NCBI GenBank assembly: GCA_028534125.1
Contig: CM052817.1
Span: 54,128,001 to 54,192,000, forward strand
Length of the DNA: 64,000 bases
Source of the DNA: Lama glama
Taxonomy: Eukaryota
Direction of reading: 5' to 3'
Below the pieces are notes generated by a model. That model was given only the letters and a program-made list of their open reading frames with translations, did no database searches and had not been told where the DNA came from. The position numbers and the translations under genes are program-made. Shown here piece by piece: positions 1-11,910 of this stretch. Numbering within the stretch: the stretch's first letter is position 1; each line of letters begins with the position of its first letter.

Positions 1-607
1 TAAGAAATGAAAGTTAAATATTCCATTTACTGTGTCTGACAGGGGATTTTCTTTTAAATAGCACAAACCATAATAGCATACTATTATTAGTTTGAGAATT
101 TTAAGATTTATTTCCTAACATTTTAATACACTTTAATATTATATCAGAAAAACTAATACGAAAACTTCCTTTGTGTGAAAATCTACTGCAGTAAGATGGA
201 AAGTCAAGACTTTAATTTGAAAATGTGGCATTAATTTTCAAATGCTGTCATTATACTTTATTGCAGTATATAAATATATAGTTTTCTTTATTGCAAATCA
301 CTGAATTTAAGGTTTATGTTACTCTTGTCATACAACAGAGAAAATCTGTAGTCATAGGGATTTTAACAAGAGATATACAAGAAATCTAGAGGATAAATAT
401 AAGTGTTGAATAAACAGTAATGACACAGGTTAAGACTAAACAATACTTAATTTTGAAGGGAAGGAATTCTTAAACAGTGAATAAACTCTCTACTGCACTG
501 AATATACTATTGAGAAGTACACCAGCAGCACTCGCATCCTTTCCCTCCTCCCACTTCCCAAACACACTCTACTCGTTGGAAAGGATAAAGAGCTTTCAGT
601 GGCTTAC

Positions 608-678
608 AAATTTTTGTTTTGTTTTATCCTTAAGGAAAGCAATGTTAAGACTCTGTCTAATTCAGCAGCATAAATCTT
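608..678 (-). other. Candidate small exon (71 nt) of the minus-strand gene starting at ~25.3 kb
   Basis: Minus-strand acceptor ggtcttttctgcAG| and donor TTT|GTaagc in non-repetitive sequence. Phase-0 frame is open (KIYAAELDRVLTLLSLRIKQNKN). No transcript evidence. Confidence 0.3.
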
Positions 679-2054
679 CTGCAGAAAAGACCTTGTAATA
701 ACCTCTCTGGTAATCTTCAATGTTGAAAAACATATACAACAGTGTTTATAAATCCTTTATGCATAAGCTTTACAACAGCTTTCATATATATAAACTCGCC
801 CAGTGTTGAACATTAGTGTCTGAGTAATGCACCTGAGATTAGAAAAATAAATCTAACCATAAAGAGCCAGACAAATCCACACTGATATGATTTCTAGCCA
901 ACGTTTCCTATTACCTATTTATAGCAGCTAAAAGTTAACATTCATCCCACTAGAATGTATTTGTTAGGAATAAGTTTGCAAATTGATGGTGCTGCTTGCA
1001 AAATGAAATGCTTCTTCTTTATTTTATTCCTGGTGGATAAAATAATTAGCAATGTTTATTATTATTGTTATTAGCAATGTTTTCAAACAAATACATTTTC
1101 ATCAAGAAACTGACTAAACACTAAATACTGAACATAAGTCCTGACTTTAAATACAGTTAATTTCCATTTAGTGATATCAGTAAATGAGGAATGTATTAGC
1201 CAACCAAATCCCTCAGCCTATGAAAAGTTTAGATGTTTGCCAAATTTGCCAAACATAAACTGTAGGATAGGAAGACTAGCCAGACAGTTTTTTTGTTTTG
1301 TTTTTGTAAATACTTAATGACAAATTTTTCTCCAAAGCATGAAAAAAAACTATCAGAATGTGAAATAAGCTAGCCAAAATGAAACCATAAATTCTAGACA
1401 AAACAAACAAAAAAACAAGAACACACTGGATAATTCTGGACACTAATGAAGATCTTTTGACTGAAAGTGAAATATGCTGGGCTGGTTCAGAAGTGAACCC
1501 TCAACTCTTCCAAGCTTTGAAGCAAAGCCACCAGAAAAATTCTGAATAGATTTTTCTCTTCTCTAACAAAAATAAAAGCAACAAAAATATTCTGAAAAAG
1601 AGAAAAGCATCTCACACACTTAAGTTTCAAAAGCCATATGAATTGAATTCAAAAACTAAATTTTTAAAAATCACAGGAAATGGATGAAAAAGGTTATATT
1701 CAGGATTATTTGTGTAAGTGGAAAACATGTCATGAAATGACAGAGGGCATGTATAGCACTCTACTATATTTGTTCAAATCAACCACAAAATATACCATTG
1801 AGGTTAGTAAAATTTTCCCACCTACAAAAAAATTTAACAGAATACATTTATATAATACATTTTCAGGGCCACACAGCAAGTTTCTTGAAAGAGATTATAC
1901 TCAAAGTTCTAAACATCTACATCAATGTTTCTTCAAATCATTAAACAAATAAGTTGTGAAATAAAAACGAATTTTCAAAGTGATGGTTGAGAAATACATA
2001 TTCTGATATGTCTGAATGATGAATATCAATCCTTCATATTAGTGATGAACTTAA

Positions 2055-2300
2055 ATCTATTCATTCAGCAAATATAAATTAAGAATTAAAGAAAGTGCCA
2101 GACACCATTCCAGGTTATGGGTATTCAATGGCCAGTAAAATACTGATTTATGACCTTACAGAATTCACAAAGCAGATGGGAGAAAGGGATAAACATCGAA
2201 AACAATTAAACATACAAATGATTAAATAACCCACAAATAATCATAAGAACTCTGATGGAAACAAAACAAAATATGATACTATGAGAGAAAACAGCACAGT
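2055..2300 (-). mobile_element. Degraded L2 LINE 3' fragment
   Basis: Typical reverse L2 tail 'ttcattcagcaaatat...gtgccagacaccattccagg'. Ends approximate. Confidence 0.55.
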
Positions 2301-2847
2301 TTCACCAACTGCAGCTTGAACAATGTATCTGTCTCTGATTTACCCAAGAAAGTTGGGAATGTCTAAAATGATTTTAGCAAGATTGTTTTTAAAATTACTA
2401 AAACACAAGTTTAAAATCTTATAATGTTCAATGTTATTCAAAATAAATGATTTCATTAAGTCTTGCTCAAACTCTTAGTAGAGAAAGCTTCAGAAAACAT
2501 ATTATTACAGACATTACTTGAATCAGAAGTTGTTGGAGGGGAGAGCAGAAAGAATGATTACATTCACAAATGGCTTTCTGTGATTCATACCAAAAAAGAA
2601 TGAAGGAATAAAGTGCATTATTTTTCCCACTTCAATCAAACATTACCACTTTACAAGTATGTTTAAATAGATTGATAAAAAGAAAATGTTGACATTTGTA
2701 AAGAGTAGGTGTTCAGATCTTTGATTTAATTGGCATAGAATGTAATACATATTCTTGAGAATGCAGCTGTAAGATGTATTCAATACTTCAAAAAAAAATG
2801 CCTTCCAGTTTACTGAGGTATAACTGACATATAGCACTGTATATTTT

Positions 2848-2992
2848 GTGTGTGTGTGTGTGTGTGGAGGGGGGTAATTAGGTTTGACTGGTTTATTTAT
2901 TTAATGGCAGTACTGGGGATTGAACCCAGGACCTCATGCATGCTAAGCACATGCCCTACCATGCACTCTATCATGAGCTACACCCTCCCTCC
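2848..2992 (-). mobile_element. tRNA-Ala-derived SINE (camelid Vic-1-like) with (CA)n tail
   Basis: Minus strand reads gggagggtgtagctca...tgcttagcatgcatgaggtcctgggttcaatccccag, matching tRNA-Ala(AGC) with A/B boxes, followed by taaataaataaa...cctaattacccc. Confidence 0.85.
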
Positions 2993-3446
2993 AGATGTAT
3001 TCAAATTTAACAAAAATATAGAGGAGGCTTCTAATATTAGTAACGAATAATATATGGAGTTACACTAATAACAAATTTGCCAATCTCTCTATTTCTAAAA
3101 ATAGTTTATGTGGGCAAAGATATCTTGCAGATTTTAAGTCTCCAAACTGTCATTTCAGGACTTCAGGATTACAAGAAAAAAATGAAAGTTGTTTTTAATG
3201 AAAGAATCCTTTTAATACCTAGAAGTTTGCCAAACTCCAAGGGAAAAATCCATCATTAAAAATATGAAAGTTCAAAATTATTTCCCAAGTTGACCTATCT
3301 TCTTGTCAACCATACTGGAGTCACTGAATTAAACTTGAATTATATCCAGCTGATCATCTATTTTCATATTTATCACTTTGTATCCTCTGGTACTTCCAAG
3401 ATCCTCGTTTAATGTTGACTATGGTTGATATATTTCACTATTCTTT

Positions 3447-3552
3447 TTTTTTTTCTAATTGAAGTATAGTCGATTTACAATGCTGTGTTAGTCTCTGATG
3501 TATAGCAGAGTGATTCAGTTCCATACAGACACACGTATATATTCTTTTTCAT
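3447..3552 (-). mobile_element. Very short 5'-truncated L1 3' end with target-site duplication
   Basis: Poly-T then aattgaagtatagtcgatttacaatgctgtgttagt (cetartiodactyl-type L1 3'UTR). Flanked by the direct repeat gttgatatatttcactattcttt at 3424-3446 and 3553-3575. Confidence 0.85.
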
Positions 3553-5186
3553 GTTGATATATTTCACTATTCTTTAAACAAGATTTTGTTCTTAATATTT
3601 AAGGAAGATTTTTTTATTACCTTGTTTAATGACTTGATACAATGATTTCAGAAGGCATTCTGCCAAGTTATTTAAAAGCTAAAATTTGAAGTTAGTTATT
3701 AAAGTTCTAAAGTGACACTGATATTGACAAATGACTATACCCATACACCTTATTGCAATTATTACATTTATTTATGCTTGCTCTCTCAATATATACAAGG
3801 ATCACAAATCACACAGACACACACATACATATGGCTGCCTTGTAAAAATGTGAATTTTTAAGTTATTTTTCTAGTACTGCTGATGGTTTAGGTCTGATGA
3901 AGCTACACTATTTTTCTTGGTTTGATCTGAAGTATGCTTTCAAGGTGACTGGTTACCAGTAAATGCCTTAGTCATAAAATAGAGTTAGGTTGAAGGATAG
4001 AGGCCAGTTGGTTTGCGAATGAATATATTTCACTTTAAAGAGTTTAAAAAATACCATTAATGCACTTTTAAGTGTTTATTTTTCTTATTTATACACTTAT
4101 TTGGCCAAAGTTTTGTACTGTTTTTTACCCCACACGAACTTTTAACAAAAAGATACCATTGGTTATTAAAAAAAAATCAACTATCATTATATAATAAAGT
4201 GTGAATAATAATTAGCTTTCACATTTAATGTTTTCTTTGGTTATGTTTTACATCTGTCAAGTGAATGCAACTGAGTAAATTTTCTATAGATATCTATTGA
4301 ATACAAGTCAGTAGAGATATTTTTAAAAATTCTTTATATTTAGCAATTTTAATTTAACAGTTTTTTAATACAAAGTCACTCCTAAAAGAGATTCTATTCT
4401 AGTTCAGAAATTTGTGGGAAAATATGAATGATTTGATTTCTATTTAACAGAAACATAATTTACTATTACTTGAATATTAATTTAGGAAAAAACTCGTATC
4501 ATATTATGAATATAAGGAATTTTCCTGAAATGAAGAGTAGGGAAAAGGGAAAATCTAGAAACAGATATATGTTCATTCAATCACTCACTTATTCAATATG
4601 TATTAAATGTCTATTTACCATGTACGATATACGTTCAGGTACTTGAAAATTTAAAAATAAAAATAAAATGTTTCCTCTCCAGGGAGCCAGGATGCAGATA
4701 TAATTAAAATCTATGTACTATAATGATAACATTTAAATCCAATTTCACTAATCAATAGCTCATATTTGGAAGAAAGTGAGAGAAAATCTGAAACCCTAGA
4801 ATATTCAAGATTATAAAATACTAGGGCCAACTGAAATTATACATTAAATTTATTTTATGAAGTTATTTTTTCAAATACAATAGAACAGATCCCACCAGAT
4901 CCCAATACCTAACACCATGCTTAGCATGCCCTTATTGAATAAGTGCCTTTATATCTCTAGTTTGTTCAGTAATAAATAACTGTTATTTTGGTCCTATATT
5001 CTTATTTCAGAAATGCAGTAAGAATTCGCCACAAAAAATCTGAACTTTTGGCAAAAGATGATCATTTATATAAAGATGTTTAGAGACTCAAAGTGTCACG
5101 CATCTATTTGGGTGGTCTCAAAGGTGAAGTAGATCACAGAATGGGGCCTTGAGAGCACACAAAATTTTCACATTTGTAATACTTAC

Positions 5187-5249
5187 AAATCTCTGCAGTA
5201 TTTAATTTCACATGATAGAAATTAATGCAGTGCAATTTATGGGGGAAAA
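5187..5249 (-). other. Candidate small exon (63 nt), probably 5'UTR/uORF
   Basis: Strong minus-strand acceptor cctcacttacttatttcacAG| and strong donor TTT|GTaagta. Confidence 0.4.
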
Positions 5250-5667
5250 CTGTGAAATAAGTAAGTGAGGTTTTTATTAATCGCAAGTTGCTGGCATGTT
5301 GTTTAATTTATACTATTTTGAGATATCACATTGCCATAAATATCACAAGTCACATGGTTTAAATTTTCTATGACTGGGAAATGTATTTTTCAATGTATAT
5401 ATTAAAAAAGGGATTAATCTGTATTCTTTTAGATAATTCACATTGTCTGATAAATTGCTCTTTTTAAAAGCATATGCATTTAAAACTGTATTTCTTTTCT
5501 CACACTACAACATCTGGATAAACTAGGAATTTTAACTTCTAAGTCCAAGGACATACTAAACTATAAACTGGTTCACAAAACGAAATAGAAGACTATGTAA
5601 AGCTGAATGAATTGTGGTTTTTACTGAAGCAAAAAAATGACACAAGGAAAAGTAACTTCACAGATAC

Positions 5668-5718
5668 GATTTTGGAGAGCTGAAGTCTCTTCTGTACTGG
5701 TGGTCCCCTGGTCAGTTT
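5668..5718 (-). other. Candidate small exon (51 nt)
   Basis: Good acceptor cattttctctacAG|, weak donor ATC|GTatct. More GC-rich than its flanks. Confidence 0.3.
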
Positions 5719-6874
5719 CTGTAGAGAAAATGTAAGCCCACTGAAATAATATTTTCACTTTTAAAAAAGTGGTAAATTGCATAATTATAGTGTTTTGTAC
5801 GGTTTATGGGCTTGTTTACTGTAACACTAAATGTATTAAAGCAAGTTTTGCCAAGAAAAAGGACTTAAAACAAGCCAAGAGAATTTTTGAAAACTCTCTT
5901 AAATATTTTTAAAATCTTCAAAAAAACTCAAAACAGTTCATTTGGGAAAAATCATCTGATGTGAACCTCTTATTATTTTTTTGTAAGTTAATACAATTTA
6001 TTTATCTATCTACTGAGCCATTCATTCAACAAACAGCTGTTGAGTTGTATTATATGCCAAGAAATAAGCTTTATTCTCTGGGAGATGACTATGAATGTAA
6101 TGAATATAAATGTTTATGGTTCCTATCCAAAAGCTATTTATTCATGAGCAACTTTCTCAAACTTTTTAAGTAGTAGTTTTCTTCTGTATTAAATGAGGAT
6201 AATAATTTGAACCTCCTTCATAGGAATTAAATTAATTGTCAAACATAGTGCCAGGCACATAATAAGCACTGCATCAAAATGACATATCTAGTATGTTTCA
6301 ATACTGCTGGAGTTTTAAGTGAATATAAGAAATATATACAAAATCATTTCTGGTAGATGAAAGGGTATAAATAAAGGCATAGAGAGCCATCTGGGGGCCC
6401 TAAGTACACACAGGCATCCAATAAAATAACTATATGCCACCATGCTGCCCCAAACCTGTACACTCCTCAGATCTGAGTCCTCTAATTGCCTTGATGTCTG
6501 CAAATGTAGTATTTTATGTTTGTGGTCTCTGCTTCAATGCAAATCTCCTTTCGTTTTCATGCTTTTTTTTCAGATCATATCTTACATCCTTTTGTGTCTT
6601 CACTGCTGAAAGATGTCTTGAGATAACCTTCACTTCAGAATCACTTTGATCAACCTTTCCCCATAATCCTGAGTCACTGTACTGCAGCCTCAATCATTTT
6701 AATTCTCACCCATTTCTCCATTTGGTTTAAACTGAAATAAATGCAGAGGTAAGATAACATATGTTCATTCAGTCTAGTCTGGCTATAGCTACAGGTGTAA
6801 GTAAGACAAAAAACAATACATGTTACTAGTGAATAAGGTTATGTTGAAAAGAGTACTGGGTTAGTTTTTTTCTT

Positions 6875-8100
6875 CTTCATTCAACAAATACTTATTGAGC
6901 TCCTACATGTAATCCAAAAACCTGGAGGACAGCAGTAAACTAACAGAAAACAATCTCTACCCACATGCAGCTCAGTTTCTGAATGGGAGAGACAGAAAAT
7001 GAACCATAAATTTATGTTGTATCCATTAGGGGGAAGTATTATGGCGAAAAATCTAATAGACTGCAGTGTAAGTTCCTGACATTAAGCTTTCTAACTGTAG
7101 TGTAAGTGCCTGATACTAAACTTGATTGCTGAGGTACCCATTACCTTGAATAAACACTGCCAGCTATGGGACACAGTCAATAGCAAAACAACCTGATAAG
7201 GAACTAGGCCACCCCACCAGGAAGGTCCCTCTTTCACAAAGCCCTTGGTAACCTAGAAAACTGACCTCTGGAGTTACCCTGCTTCTCCCTTCCTGAGCCC
7301 TAATTCCTACTTTTATACTTCAACTTAGCCAGTAAGAGTGAACCCAAGAAACCCCAGACACCCTGCCCTCAGATACTAATAAAGGCAGAACCCCAGGCCC
7401 ATGCCTTTTCTCTCTTTCTACCCACAACCTCCTTGTGTGGCCATTGGGCATGCTGTGTACCCTGCAGGACCTGCAAATAAAAAATCCTGTTGTTAAAGTT
7501 CCTTGAAAGTTTTTACTGAAGTGTATCCTGAAATCATAGTAAGAACCACAAGGGTCAGTCCAGCTACTACAACAGCCTCAGTGGCAGAAATGTCTGGGGG
7601 TGGGGGGGTTCACTACAGATAACACAGGTTCCATAGAATGTCTCCAGTGTTCCTGGCTGACAGCACTACCATCAATAGGCGCAGGACACAGGGGACACAG
7701 ACCATGAGAGACAGGGAGCTGTTTCAGAGATGAGGCAGTGTTATCTTTGAGGGGAGTCTTGATTTGGTTATAACGGCATGTTAGAAAATATAATCTGCTT
7801 GAGATGAGTGAGATGGATTTGAGAGAATTCAGAGAAAAAGAAAGAATAACAAGGTGATAATTATAACCACCAGGATAAGAAGAAATGACCATGTTAATAA
7901 AGATAGAGAGTATAACTCAAAGAGACTTGTAGAAATCAGTTCAAATTCTTTTGACTTTTAGGATGTGAGAAAAAGAATGGGATGGTATCTAAGTTGATAG
8001 GGACAGCTGTATTAGTAGCAGAAAAAGAAACAATCAGGAGTATTCAAGTTGGTGGGGAGGGAGACAAAGATAAGTTCATTTTAAGGGAAGTCTTTACATA
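6875..8100 (-). mobile_element. L2 LINE fragment interrupted by a solo LTR
   Basis: L2 tail 'ttcattcaacaaatacttattgagc' at ~6877. Purine-rich L2-like body resumes after ~7575. Ends approximate. Confidence 0.55.
7096..7574 (+). mobile_element. Solo LTR (possibly ERVL MER73/MER74-like)
   Basis: TG...CA ends (tgtagtg...ctacaaca), TATA-like taataaagg and polyA-like aaataaaa. The first ~30 bp are tandemly duplicated from ~7060. Family recalled from memory only. Confidence 0.6.
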
Positions 8101-8214
8101 GAAAAAGACTAAGTAACTAGCCCTTAAACCTCAAGTATTTATATAAATCAATCTTGAGGAACATAACTGATTACTATCTGAATTAAAAATGAAGTCCATG
8201 AGTTTAAAAAGGTT

Positions 8215-8855
8215 TCCAACAAAAACTTGTATACAAATGTTCATAGCAGCAATAATAGACAAAAATGAAAACAATCCAAATGTCCATCAACTGATGAATG
8301 ATAAACAAAATGTGGTATGTTCATACATTTGAAGATCTTTCAGCAATAATATAGAATGAAGGAGGTGACAAAAAGATTTTAGAACTTGATATATGTGGTC
8401 ACTGCACATCATTGTGAATGTATTAAATGACATATAAGTATACAATTTTAAATGGTTAATTTTATGCAATGTGACTTTCACCTCAACAGAAAAATTAAAA
8501 CAAAAAATTTAATTGTTACATTCTATAATTTACATGGACCTTGAAAACCCTACGCCAAGTAAAAGAAGCTAGTAATAAAATACAACATATTGTATTATTC
8601 TATTTATATTAAATATCTAGATAGGCACATCTATAGAGACAGAAGGTAGATTAGTACTGCCTAGCACTTGGGAATTTAAAGGAAAATGGTGAATGACTCC
8701 TAATAGGTATAGTTTTTCTTTTTGTGATGATGAAAATATTCTCAGTTCTGGACTGTGGTGTTAGTTGCACAATTCTGTAAACATACCAAAACCACTGAAC
8801 TGTGTATTTTATGAGGATAAATTTTATGGCATGTAAACTACATATAAATAAAGCT
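8215..8855 (+). mobile_element. Old L1 (L1MB/ME-type) 3' fragments
   Basis: Diagnostic 'aaaacttgtatacaaatgttcatagcagc...ccaaatgtccatcaactgatgaatg' and '...taaactacatataaataaag' end. Confidence 0.75.
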
Positions 8856-9336
8856 TTTGTTTTTTAAACTACCAAGGAAGACAATCTAAACAGGGAAATG
8901 TTTCTGAAACTTTTTTGACCTTGACACATAATAATAAATACATTATTATCTTTAACCCAATACAAAACACACACACACACACCCACACACAGTGGAAATG
9001 GAAGTCTTCCCAAATAATACCAATGCTCTTTATATGAAGTTCACTCTATTCTATACTAGTTCATTAAAATAATTCTAGTCTGAATTCATTAAATTGTTTT
9101 TTCTGACTCAATCATCAGTCATATCTATAGATTGACAAAAATACTATTCTAGAGAAGATAAGGTAGCCAAGGACTTTCCTAAGGATTAGATTCACTTTTG
9201 GGAGAAGGGGTTAAAAACAGAAGAAGCAAACATGAAGGGAAAACAAAAAGAATTAAAGAAGGAAGAGGAGAACAATGATTATTCTTTACAGAATTGAATG
9301 CAGTGCAGGGCACCATGGAGGAACCAGCAATCATAG

Positions 9337-9708
9337 TGCTCCAGTCTGAGTGTTCGTGTCCCTCTTCCTGCCAAATCCGAATGTTGAAACTCAGTCACCA
9401 ATGTGATCGTATCTGGAGGTGGGGGCCTTTGGGGTAATTAAATCATGAGAGCAGAGCCCTGGTGAATGAGATTAGTGTCCTAATAAAAAAGACCTAAGAG
9501 AGATTACCTCCCATTTCGACCATGAGAGAATACAGCAAAAATATGACCCACTATGAACCAAGAAGCGGGTCCTCATCAAACAACATATGTGCCAGCACCC
9601 TGATCTTGGGGTCCTCAGCTGCCAGAACTGAGAGAAATAAACTTCTGTTGTTTATCAGTCACCCAGTTTATGGTATAACTGCTACATGAGCCCAAGCAGA
9701 CTAAGACA
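9337..9708 (+). mobile_element. ERVL-MaLR solo LTR (MLT1A-type)
   Basis: tgctccagtctgagtgttcgtgtccc start, ggaggtggggcctttggg core, aataaacttctgttgttta, ends gactaagaca. Confidence 0.85.
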
Positions 9709-11315
9709 TTTAGTTAACGCCTTTGCCTTAACTTACTATAGTAAGACTAACATAAACAATGGAAAAATTCCTTGTTACAGAATTCTGACTTCATCACTTG
9801 TTAAGTGTATAACCACTGTACAATTTCTCAATTCCTCAGAGCCTTAACTATGAATGTAAGCAATTATTTCACAATGCCCTTCTTCTACTGTTTCAAATTT
9901 ATCAAAAATTTGTTCTACACAATAGTAGGAAAGAAAGGAATTGGAATCCACTAAAGATGAAGAATAAATTTAGTTCTAAATTGTTAGTATGATTTGACAA
10001 AAAAGTATCAGAAGAGAATAGACAGAAGGGTAGGATGGTATATAGACTTTTTAAAATTATCATAGTTATTATTTTATTTTGTTGTTTGCTTGTTTGAGCA
10101 TGTTTTGCTGGAGAAGTCTTAGAAATGTTTATAAAGATTTTGTATGGGACCATGCAAAAAGATTAAAAATAAAAGGAGAGACGATTACATGCTGACAGAA
10201 AAGGAAGTTTTTAAATAAAGTCAGATAATACACTAATGATGTAATTAGGTAGATTAAAAGATAAATGAAACTTGAGTGAGGGAAAATATAAGGCACCATA
10301 GTAAATAGAAAAACCACAATAGAACAAATTAATAATTCAACCTAATTTACTTCCTGCCTTGAAAAGAAAGGTGTTTGGAAGACTGGTGAATTCAGTAGAA
10401 GCTCCAGAGGGGCTGAGGAGTACCAGTCTAACTGGGTATATAGATGATAGCAGAACAGAGAGTCTTGTCCTTAAACTTTAATGTATTTCTCTTCCTAATG
10501 CTGGGCTCCTTGTTTCAACAGTAGTACAAATTGAGCTTGACCTCAGTAGTCTAAAGATTGTAGATACTATCCCTAATTTTCCTACCTATGTATGTATCTG
10601 CTTAACTTTTTTTAGTAGTTATATGTAGGGTTATTTCTAAGAAGGGGTGATGAAGATCAGTGTAGGCCACCTAATGGCCCCTAAAACATCCCTTGACACT
10701 AATCTTGCTGGACTTGATTTAGAAATGAGTGCACCAGTTAAGTGTGCATTTTAATATTTTTTCTACTACTGAACTAACTATATGACTTTGACAAACTATT
10801 CAACTTCTCTGAGCCTTAGCTCCTTATCTGGAAAATTACAGAGCTGATGAACTCAAAGGTCATTTAAAGTTGTAAAATTTGTTGAATTTTTTTCTGTAAT
10901 TTTTCAGTTCTTGTCCTACATTTTCTACTAATTGCATAGTAATTTGGTAAATTTCTTCTCTGCTTCAGGCACCTATTTCGTTATTATAAAATGTGCGAAG
11001 TAAATGATTAATAATGTTCTTCAAGCTCACAGTCCAAGTTAAATAGGTGATTGATGATACAACATGGCTAATTTCATGTTATATAAGTTAGAATGTATGT
11101 TTTTTGTTGAGCAAATAGATCAGATTTAATCAAAGAAGGAATTTTTTAAATAACAGTCAAAGGAAACAAAGGCACACATATATTGCTTATGATAGTAAAA
11201 TGGTACAATTTTTACACTAAATTATTCAAAGATATTCTTTAAGAACTTCCTTGCATGAACTGTCAAAATTGCACATATATGTAACAATTTTATTTATTAA
11301 TCATACATGTCTTAC

Positions 11316-11341
11316 CTTCAGACACATTAAAACTACTGAGC
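11316..11341 (-). other. Candidate micro-exon (26 nt) containing an ATG
   Basis: Acceptor atattttgtcatAG| and strong donor AAG|GTaaga. Sequence GCTCAGTAGTTTTAATGTGTCTGAAG. Confidence 0.4.
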
Positions 11342-11495
11342 CTATGACAAAATATATTTTATTAATCTCCTATAATGTACCATGGATACCAAGAGAAATG
11401 ATTCATATTTTAAAAATTAACTTTAACTAGCAGCTACAGCCTTACTAGGGAAAAAAAGTCTAGTTTGCTTTTTCTGAAGTGCAACTTCTCCTTCC

Positions 11496-11910
11496 TTTTA
11501 TGTGTTGAATTGTGTCCCCTACCAAAATTTCTCTGTTGAAGTCTTAACTCCTAGTACCTCAAAATGTAACCTTATTTGGAGATAGGATCTTTACAAAGAT
11601 AATCAAATTAAAATGAGGTTATTAGGATAGAGCAAAATCCAATATGACTGGTATCCTTATAAGAGGAAATCTTGACATAGAGACAAAATATAAAGGGATA
11701 TTCACAGAAAGAGACACAGAGAAAAGACAGCCATCTATTAGCCTAAGAGAAAGTCCTGGAACAAACTGCTCCCTCAAAGATCATAAAAAAAAAAAACCCA
11801 ACAGCTTGATCTGGGACTTGTGGTTTCCAGAACTGAGAGACAGTAAGTTTCTGTTGTCTAAGCCTCCTAGTTTTTGGCACTTTATTACAGCAGCCCTAAT
11901 AAACTAATAA
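11496..11910 (+). mobile_element. ERVL-MaLR solo LTR (MLT1B-type)
   Basis: ttgaattgtgtcccc...gttgaagtcttaactcctagtacctcaaaatgtaaccttatttgga...ttacagcagccctaataaactaata. Confidence 0.85.

Noticed and set aside
2900..2992. tRNA-Ala gene
   Set aside because: It has an internal duplication, a SINE tail and a second copy at 16.5 kb, so it is a SINE head rather than a functional tRNA.
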